Positions 57,259-64,000 of a stretch of DNA of 64,000 nucleotides are shown piece by piece. The position numbers and the translations under genes are program-made. Each line of letters begins with the position of its first letter. Positions within the stretch are counted from its first letter, which is position 1. The notes below the pieces were generated by a model, which searched no databases, was not told the origin of the DNA, and saw only the letters and a program-made list of their open reading frames with translations. This stretch comes from an uncultured bacterium (GTDB lineage Bacteria > AUK180): NCBI GenBank assembly GCA_937863565.1, contig CALMGJ010000009.1:62001-126000 (forward strand), given 5' to 3'.

Positions 57259-58982
57259 CCTTTAATATCGAGCCCGAGCTCGTCAAGCTGGCTTTTATCT
57301 ACCGGAGAAGGAGAATCGGTCATAAGGCAGGATGCGGATGTGGTCTTCGGGAATGCGATATAGTCCTTTATACTCGGGCTGCCTTCCAGCATCGCGGCGA
57401 TACGGGCAATGCCGAGAGCCGCGCCGCCATGGGGAGGAAATCCGTATTCCATCGCTTGGAGGAAAAAACCAAACCTCTCTTTTTGCTCTTTTTCGCTGAT
57501 GCCCAGATGCTCGAATATCCTTCTTTGGACTTTTACGTCATTTATTCTTATACTGCCGGAACCGAGCTCGGTGCCGTTGAGCACAATGTCGTAGGCCTTG
57601 GAGACGATCGCCGTGAGGGGCTTCGAATTGCCGAATATATCCGACGGATCCGCGGGTGCCGTGAACGGATGATGACTTGAGCCGATAACGCCCTCTGCAT
57701 TGATCTCAAAAAGCGGGAAATCCGTGACCCACAGGAATTTCAGGCCGTCCGCATTCAATGCGAACTCTTCGGAGAGCAATGTCCGAAGGTAGTTGAGCAT
57801 GCTCGCATCGCGGCCTGATATCTGGAAGAATATCGATTCGTCATCCGAAAGATTGAACTTTTCGATAAAGCCCTGCGGAGCGTATTTCGAGAATGTGAAT
57901 GAAGTCTCGCCGAGGCTTCTTGAAGCATATATTAAACCTTTCCCGCCGTGCGCTTTGATCTTTTCTTCGAATTTTTTCGCCTGCGATCTCGAGACTGCAT
58001 GCGGCACCTTTATACCGCGCACTCTTGAGCCGGTCTTAAGTTCATTGCGGATCATATCCATATCGAGATCTGCGAAAATCCCGGTATAGTCCTCTATGAA
58101 AAGAGGGTTCCTGAGGTCCGGTTTATCCGAAGCATACTTCTCCAGTGCCGAAGCATATGTCATTCTCGGGAAAGGCGTTTCGATGGCGACACCCGTCTTT
58201 TCCGCAAGATACGAGAACATGCCTTCGATCTCGGAGAATATCTCGTCCTCCTCCACAAACGCCCTTTCCATATCCAGCTGTGAGAATTCCGGCTGCCTGT
58301 CGGCGCGCAGGTCCTCATCGCGGAAACATCTCGCTATCTGAAAATACTTTTCGAATCCCGAGGCCATAAGAAGCTGTTTCAGAAGCTGCGGGGATTGCGC
58401 AAGCGCGTAGAACTGTCCCTTGAAATTACGCGAGGGAACAATGAAGTCGCGCGCGCCCTCGGGAGTGCTTTTTATTAGATACGGGGTCTCTATCTCGAGA
58501 TAGTCCTTAGAATAGAAATATTCCCTGATATATCTGCCCACAAGTGCATGAAATTTTATCTTGTTCTTGATGGCCGGATTCCTTATTTCGAGGTATCGGA
58601 ACTTGCCCCTAAGCGCTTCGTTAATCTCTTCCGTTTTTGATATCTCGAATGGGGGCGTCTGCCCTGCAGCGAGCACCTTTAACTCTTTTGCTTCGATCTC
58701 GAAGGCCCCCTTGTCCGTTCCGAGCGCCTGTTCGCCGGGCCGGTTTTTAAGAATGCCGGATAGGGATACTATATGTTCCGCTTTTAAGGATTCGGCGAGT
58801 GCATATTGCTCGTCTCCGGCCGAAGTGCGGTCGAAGAAGACCTGTATCTTCCCTGTATCATCCCGGAGATAGCAGAAGATCAAAGCCCCCAGTTTTCTTA
58901 TCGAGTCTATGAACCCGTATAACCGGACGGTGTTCCCGAGCATCCCCTCATCAAGGTCATGTATCAATATTCTTCCCTTCAT
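57255..58982 (-). CDS. aspS: Aspartate--tRNA ligase
   Basis: OB fold, STPEGARDF, QSPQL.KQ, CFRDEDLRADRQPEF, HHPFT, PPHGG.A.G. Confidence 0.96.
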   Translation of the reverse strand: MKGRILIHDLDEGMLGNTVRLYGFIDSIRKLGALIFCYLRDDTGKIQVFFDRTSAGDEQYALAESLKAEHIVSLSGILKNRPGEQALGTDKGAFEIEAKELKVLAAGQTPPFEISKTEEINEALRGKFRYLEIRNPAIKNKIKFHALVGRYIREYFYSKDYLEIETPYLIKSTPEGARDFIVPSRNFKGQFYALAQSPQLLKQLLMASGFEKYFQIARCFRDEDLRADRQPEFSQLDMERAFVEEDEIFSEIEGMFSYLAEKTGVAIETPFPRMTYASALEKYASDKPDLRNPLFIEDYTGIFADLDMDMIRNELKTGSRVRGIKVPHAVSRSQAKKFEEKIKAHGGKGLIYASRSLGETSFTFSKYAPQGFIEKFNLSDDESIFFQISGRDASMLNYLRTLLSEEFALNADGLKFLWVTDFPLFEINAEGVIGSSHHPFTAPADPSDIFGNSKPLTAIVSKAYDIVLNGTELGSGSIRINDVKVQRRIFEHLGISEKEQKERFGFFLQAMEYGFPPHGGAALGIARIAAMLEGSPSIKDYIAFPKTTSASCLMTDSPSPVDKSQLDELGLDIKG

Positions 58983-58983
58983 A

Positions 58984-60744
58984 TCATGTATTCCTGGCCA
59001 TTTCTTCGAGCGTGACGATACCCTCTTTTACTTTTAATATCGCCTGCTGTCTGAGCGTGAGCATGCCCTCGGCGAGCGCGAGATCGCGCATGGCCTTAAC
59101 GGACCCCCTGTTCATGATAAGGTTCTGCATGGTCTCCGTCAGAGGCATCACTTCATAAACGGCCGTTCTTTTATAATATCCCGTATTGGCGCAGAACGAG
59201 CAGCCCTTACCCCTGAAGAATTTTGGTATATCCCGCACTTCTTCCCAGTCTATATGCATCTTCTCCAGTTCTTCATCGGTATACCTCACTTCTTCCTTGC
59301 ATTTTTCGCAGATCTTTCTGATCAGTTTCTGCGCCACTACGCATATAAGGGCTGCGGATATGAGGAAATTCGGCACGCCGATGTTCATGAGCCTTGTTAT
59401 AACGGAAGGCGCGTCGTTCGTATGGAGGGAAGAGACCACCATATGCCCTGTGAGTGCGGCGCGGATAGCGATATCGGCGGTAACGCCGTCGCGTATCTCT
59501 CCCACCATGATCTTATCCGGGTCCTGCCTCAGGAAAGCTTTGAGCGCCTTGGCGAATGTCATATATCCCTCAAGGGCTTTATCCTTTTCCTTCTGGTTCA
59601 TCCGCTCCGTGACAATAGATTCCTCGTCGACGCTCACATTGACCTGATTGACGCCCTGAAGTTCGAACTCAACCGGCTGCTCGACGGTCATTACATTGGA
59701 ATCCTCATCGTACATCTCGTTCACCATGCTGTACAGTGTGGTCGTCTTGCCGGATCCCGTCGGGCCGGCGACGAGGATCATCCCCCAGGGCCTGTTAAGG
59801 GATTCCTTGAGTATTTTAACATCCCTGTCATTGAACCCGAGAGAATCGAGCTCGAGTTTCACGGATTCTTTGTCGCCGATCCTTATTTCAACCCGTTCCC
59901 CCATGACCGTGGGCACGAAGGAGGTCCTGAAGTCTATCTTCCTGGCTCCGAACTGATACTGGAATCTTCCGTCCTGGGGCTTCCTTGTCTCGTCGATCTT
60001 GCATTTCGATTTGATCTTGATGATCGTCGAGATCGGTTTCAGGATGGATACCGGGTATTTCTTCTGTTCATAGAGGATACTGTCTATCCGGTATCTGATC
60101 CTTAGGAGTTTTTCGTCAAAAGGTTCAATATGTATGTCCGAAGCCCTTGATTTCAGCGCATTTATGATGAGAAGTTTGATGAAATTCTCGTGTTCTTTAT
60201 CTTCCGACATTTTAAGGAGTTCATCCGAAGATGGATCCCTTCTTTCCTCGTCCACGACATCCACATCAAGAGAAACCTCTTCTTCGAACATTTGTGTCAC
60301 ATTCTCGAGGTCGGCATTGCCTTTTTTGTATATCCTTTCGATGGCGGCCTTTATCTGTGAGGGCGGGGCTATCATCACGTCGATCTCATTCCCCGTGATC
60401 ATCTGAATATCGTCGATAACGCTTCTTTTCATGGGATTCGCCATGACTATGGTCAGGGTGTTCCCCAAAATTTCTACAGGCACCACGAGCTCCTTTGCCG
60501 CTATTTTCTCCGGTATCCTCTTTATAAGGAAATCGTCTATTTCAAGGTCCTTGATCCCTTCGAAATACGGGATGCCGAGTTGGGAAGAGATGATATTGGC
60601 AAGTTTCTCTTCATCAATATAGCCTTTACTTATCAGGATCGCTCCGAGGAACTCCCCTGATTTTTTCTGTTCGGCCAGGGCTTCGTCCAGCTGTTTCTGG
60701 TCTATGATGGCCTTTTCGATGAGGATCTCTCCTAATTTTTTCAT
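58984..60744 (-). CDS. pilB: PilB/GspE secretion ATPase with MshEN-like N-terminus
   Basis: KLGEIL repeats, ASDIHIEP, PQDGR, GPTGSGKTTTLY, LRQDPD.IMVGEIRD, TGH.V.SSLHTN, CxxC/CxxC. Confidence 0.88.
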   Translation of the reverse strand: MKKLGEILIEKAIIDQKQLDEALAEQKKSGEFLGAILISKGYIDEEKLANIISSQLGIPYFEGIKDLEIDDFLIKRIPEKIAAKELVVPVEILGNTLTIVMANPMKRSVIDDIQMITGNEIDVMIAPPSQIKAAIERIYKKGNADLENVTQMFEEEVSLDVDVVDEERRDPSSDELLKMSEDKEHENFIKLLIINALKSRASDIHIEPFDEKLLRIRYRIDSILYEQKKYPVSILKPISTIIKIKSKCKIDETRKPQDGRFQYQFGARKIDFRTSFVPTVMGERVEIRIGDKESVKLELDSLGFNDRDVKILKESLNRPWGMILVAGPTGSGKTTTLYSMVNEMYDEDSNVMTVEQPVEFELQGVNQVNVSVDEESIVTERMNQKEKDKALEGYMTFAKALKAFLRQDPDKIMVGEIRDGVTADIAIRAALTGHMVVSSLHTNDAPSVITRLMNIGVPNFLISAALICVVAQKLIRKICEKCKEEVRYTDEELEKMHIDWEEVRDIPKFFRGKGCSFCANTGYYKRTAVYEVMPLTETMQNLIMNRGSVKAMRDLALAEGMLTLRQQAILKVKEGIVTLEEMARNT

Positions 60745-60752
60745 CTTTTTAA

Positions 60753-60781
60753 ATTATATTAAAAAACAAGGTATTTTTCAA
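60753..60781 (-). promoter_or_regulatory. Sigma70-type promoter of pilB, (near-)leaderless
   Basis: TTGAAA-N17-TATAAT; ATG 8 nt downstream; no SD. Confidence 0.72.
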
Positions 60782-60833
60782 TGTTTTCACGTTTTTAAGC
60801 CTTAACATCGGATTCTCACGTTCTTTCTTCCGA

Positions 60834-61739
60834 TTAATTCAGTATCCTTTCAAGAAAGATCAGAAGATCGCTCCAATAGGCATCATAGGAACCCGCCATA
60901 TGAGGCGTCAGGATGAGATTTTCAATACCGAAGAGTTCCGATCCCGGATCAAGCGGCTCTCTCTGGAAAACATCCAAAGCAGCGCCGCGAAGGCGGCCGG
61001 ATCTTATGGCGCTGATCAGGGCTTTCTCGACCACGACATCCCCTCTTGAGATATTTATGAAATACGCCCCTTTTTTCATCGCGGCAAATTCAGCTTCACC
61101 CAGTGAATGCCTGGTCGAAGGATTCAAAGGCAGGGCGGAGATCACAAGGTCGGCCTCAGGCAGCGCTTCGTAGAGTTTCTCCGGGGAGAACAGTTTTTCG
61201 ACATATTCCGGCTTCTCCCCGCGTCTTGCCGTGGCGTTTACGCTCATTCCCAAACAACTCAGTTTTTGAGCGGTTTTTTTTCCGACATGCCCGAGTCCCA
61301 GTACGAGCGCGGACTTCCCTCTCAGCATATCGGGTATCATGTTTTCTTTCGTTTTCCAGAGTTCTTTTCGTGACCTAATCAAAAAATGGAGCCCCTTGAA
61401 AAGTGCAAAAGCCAGTGCAACCGCCCATTCGCTTACGCTTTCGGCATTCATCCCGGGAAAGGTGATCACCTCGAATCTTTGGGATCTGTTCTCGAATCCG
61501 TCCGGTATGCCCGCCTGACAGAAAACGATCTTTTTAATGTTCGAATCCTTCAGCTCCTCATAATCGGCCTTCCAGCAGAGCAGCGTATCGGCGGTTTTGA
61601 TCTTTTCGATAAAATCCTTCTTTCCCGATGAGGCGGTCACTTTTATATCCGGACCGAGAGCGGCAAGTTCTTTCATGAACCAATCGGGAGCGTTCCAGAA
61701 ATTTATCTTTGAAAATAGCGCTACGAGAACCGTTGTCAT
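60834..61739 (-). CDS. D-isomer-specific 2-hydroxyacid dehydrogenase
   Basis: GLGHVG, LPL...T, NISRG, LDVF..EPL, TPHMAG. Start MTTVLV lies right after the mobB stop (ORF track gives 61904). Confidence 0.9.
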   Translation of the reverse strand: MTTVLVALFSKINFWNAPDWFMKELAALGPDIKVTASSGKKDFIEKIKTADTLLCWKADYEELKDSNIKKIVFCQAGIPDGFENRSQRFEVITFPGMNAESVSEWAVALAFALFKGLHFLIRSRKELWKTKENMIPDMLRGKSALVLGLGHVGKKTAQKLSCLGMSVNATARRGEKPEYVEKLFSPEKLYEALPEADLVISALPLNPSTRHSLGEAEFAAMKKGAYFINISRGDVVVEKALISAIRSGRLRGAALDVFQREPLDPGSELFGIENLILTPHMAGSYDAYWSDLLIFLERILN

Positions 61740-61740
61740 T

Positions 61741-62244
61741 CTAAGCCCCGATACCGGCTTTAATGAACCGGTACATCCGGGCCGAGTCATCCTGTCCGAA
61801 AACCGGTTTTCCGAGAAACTCGCTTTTCTTATAAGTTCCCGTGAAAACACCGGCATAGCAGATAATATCCTTTCCCTCGGAAAGGATCCTGGCATCGTCC
61901 TCATCCTTCGCGCAGATCACGCACGGGAATTTTTCTTTTTTCATGCCCTCGATTATGACGATATCCTTTTTGAGAAATCTGAAAATACCGAAAATCTCAT
62001 CCATCGGAAGATCGGGATTGAAGAATAAAGCCGTCTCTGACGGGGTCACCGCGCAAACGGGGACTCCGCCAGACCTTCTGTGCTCGAAAGTGTCGCTGCC
62101 CGGGCGGTCAAGGGTAAAACCTTCCCTGTGTATGGCTTTGACGGAAGCGGCCGAATAACCGTCAGCGGAAAATGCGCGCAGAAGGCCGCATACTACCGTG
62201 GTCTTACCGCTTTTCGTATGTCCTATTACACTGATTATCTTCAT
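61741..62244 (-). CDS. mobB: Molybdopterin-guanine dinucleotide biosynthesis protein B
   Basis: G..KSGKTT, VK..H...F.LD.PG.DT, IEG.K. Confidence 0.85.
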   Translation of the reverse strand: MKIISVIGHTKSGKTTVVCGLLRAFSADGYSAASVKAIHREGFTLDRPGSDTFEHRRSGGVPVCAVTPSETALFFNPDLPMDEIFGIFRFLKKDIVIIEGMKKEKFPCVICAKDEDDARILSEGKDIICYAGVFTGTYKKSEFLGKPVFGQDDSARMYRFIKAGIGA

Positions 62245-62909
62245 CGGCGGAAAACGATCCGCTTCTTTCCGTCATCCAGGGATGCAAGTTTCCGCATCCA
62301 GTTCCCGAGTTTGAGATCTGTTCCGATGAGCCTTCTGTCCCCGTCCTCGACGAATGCGCTCCCAAGATAAGTTCTTCTTTTTATTATCAGCACATAACCG
62401 TCCTCAGAGGAGGCTTTGATATATTCGCCGGAAAGGCCGTTCTCCGCCATGAGCTTCACAAGATCGCATCCCTTGTATTCGCGATGTCCGATCATAAAGG
62501 GTGCCGAGCCTATTCCCGCAAGATCAATGGAGATCTCTTCGCCGGCAGGGAAGTTCTCAACTTCCGCGATGCTCTCTACGTCGACAACCCGGAGTTTCCC
62601 GTCGGCATTATCCTTGACAATGAATGTCGGCTTCATTTCTTTACCGTCCTTCTGCGTTACTATATAGTATTCTCCGGGAATATTTTCCTTCACCACGGTC
62701 ATGAAATATCCGTCAGCTGCCGTAATGTTGAAGCAGGAGAACGGGGTTATCTTCGCTTTATTGAAAATGTCGCCGAGGGACCATCCGGAATAGGAGGCGG
62801 AGGTTATCTTGCCGTGCGCATCCCTGTATTCCGTATTAAAAACGGCAGGTCCGTTCAGAACTCCGGGATCGATCGCGGCCGGAGGGCCCGAAAGAGGGAT
62901 AAGCTTCAT
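62241..62909 (-). CDS. Hypothetical protein with two repeats resembling the molybdopterin-oxidoreductase small fold
   Basis: Y.G..L..I/L....., A.DGY, and a terminal V/W....SI/SL, each present twice. Confidence 0.55.
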   Translation of the reverse strand: MKLIPLSGPPAAIDPGVLNGPAVFNTEYRDAHGKITSASYSGWSLGDIFNKAKITPFSCFNITAADGYFMTVVKENIPGEYYIVTQKDGKEMKPTFIVKDNADGKLRVVDVESIAEVENFPAGEEISIDLAGIGSAPFMIGHREYKGCDLVKLMAENGLSGEYIKASSEDGYVLIIKRRTYLGSAFVEDGDRRLIGTDLKLGNWMRKLASLDDGKKRIVFRR

Positions 62910-64000
62910 TTGGCCTCTGCCGGAACAACCTTGAGGAAGATATGATCTGCAAGGAAATATTTTCTGAAGATCTCCTTCAATTTTTCATTGTCCGCATCAT
63001 AGTATTTGTCTAATTTATTCAGGTAATCGGCAACCTCAAGGCCCTGATAATCGAGATTGTCCAGAAATCCCACTATAGAGGCATTATCTTCGAAGCCGGT
63101 AATAAGGTTCCCTATTATGTAATTTCTCGTTTTCTCGATATTATCCTCGGTGAATCCTGCTTCTCCGACCTCCTTGAAGGTCTTCACAATCTCATCCCTG
63201 AATTCGTCGGCCTTGTCCGGGGAAACGCCCGAGACCACTTTGATGTATCCTCCGGAACTTCTCGGATGCTGATAACATCCCACATAATATGCCAGGCCTT
63301 TTTCCAGCCTGATCTTCTGTCCGAGAATAGAAGTAAGCGAGCCGCCGCCGAGCATGCTTGTTATCATGGTAAGATAGGCGCCGTCTTCGCTTTTATAGTC
63401 GATCCCCTTGAACCCCATCTGGACAACTGCCTGTTCTATGTTCGGCATAGGCACTTTCTTTTCATCTTTTTTCACCGTAAAGGCGGGGAAAGAGCATATC
63501 TCGTTCTTAATACCCTTCTTCTCCCAATCACCGAAATATTTTTCAATGAGACCTTTAAGATCATCTTCAGGCATATCGCCGAGTATCGCTATCGTGATAT
63601 TTTCCGGGATGATGTATTTTTCATGATATTCCCTGAGCATCTCGGGGGTCACATTGGCGACATTTTCAAAATTCCCCGGTTCGAATATAGCATAAGGATG
63701 TTTTTCGCCGTAGAGGAATTTGTCGAAATAGTATTCGGACATGTCGTCCGGGTTCATCTGTTTATATTTGATAGAGGTCATCACTTGCCTTTTCACTTTT
63801 TCAACGCCTTCTGCGGGGAAGGTCGGGTTCCTTATCATTTCGGCGATAACATCAAGACCCTGCTCTTTGAATTTGGAAAGGAATTCCCCGCGGAGCGTCA
63901 GTGTTTCATACCCGGAGTTCGTGTCATACCCGATCGCGTAAAAATCGGTTATCTCGTTAAGTTTGGCAAGATCATATTTGGCGGTGCCCTCATTGATGCA
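62906..64000 (-). CDS. M16 (pitrilysin) family peptidase, partial (5' end outside the window)
   Basis: Frame is open to the window edge (..EGTAKY..). P.FP, HPY, Y.PEN..IAI.GD, LGGG...S.L...IR..KGLAY.V. Confidence 0.88.
   Translation of the reverse strand, partial: CINEGTAKYDLAKLNEITDFYAIGYDTNSGYETLTLRGEFLSKFKEQGLDVIAEMIRNPTFPAEGVEKVKRQVMTSIKYKQMNPDDMSEYYFDKFLYGEKHPYAIFEPGNFENVANVTPEMLREYHEKYIIPENITIAILGDMPEDDLKGLIEKYFGDWEKKGIKNEICSFPAFTVKKDEKKVPMPNIEQAVVQMGFKGIDYKSEDGAYLTMITSMLGGGSLTSILGQKIRLEKGLAYYVGCYQHPRSSGGYIKVVSGVSPDKADEFRDEIVKTFKEVGEAGFTEDNIEKTRNYIIGNLITGFEDNASIVGFLDNLDYQGLEVADYLNKLDKYYDADNEKLKEIFRKYFLADHIFLKVVPAEAK

Noticed and set aside
1-64000. tRNA, rRNA, riboswitch or CRISPR features in intergenic gaps
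   Set aside because: No cloverleaf, rRNA signature or periodic repeat was seen by eye. A covariance-model scan of 16440-17070, 32525-32878 and 37120-37818 would be needed to exclude structured RNAs.

Overview
Gene-dense bacterial chromosome segment with about 62 CDS, many joined by 1-30 nt overlaps. It probably comes from an anaerobe (four-subunit 2-oxoacid:ferredoxin oxidoreductase, QueH, radical SAM), but the lineage cannot be assigned from the sequence alone. Most genes are housekeeping: spt, dnaJ, serS, tRNA nucleotidyltransferase, hutH, ribF, ogt, rsmB, korDABC, queH, mrp, a DinG-like helicase, a heterodimeric ABC exporter, dinB, mltG, ruvX, ybeY, a PgpH-like phosphodiesterase, phoH, aspS, pilB, mobB and an M16 peptidase. 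No rRNA, tRNA, CRISPR array or intact mobile element was seen. The standout is a visibly AT-richer ~5 kb insert (about 32.55-37.75 kb). It carries an overlapping four-gene minus-strand operon: a KamA-family radical SAM/PLP aminomutase whose lysine-binding residues appear to be replaced, a stand-alone VanW, a divergent D-Ala-D-Ala-ligase-like ATP-grasp enzyme, and a LarA-family racemase. Two small coupled ORFs precede it. It looks like an undescribed pathway making a beta-amino-acid/D-2-hydroxy-acid (depsi)peptide, possibly for cell-wall remodelling. Other points of interest are a probable sphingolipid locus at the left edge, a probable CC-adding tRNA nucleotidyltransferase, a perfect palindromic operator inside the dinB promoter, several apparently leaderless promoters, and an atypical PilB. 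All family calls come from motif recognition by eye; no database searches were run.
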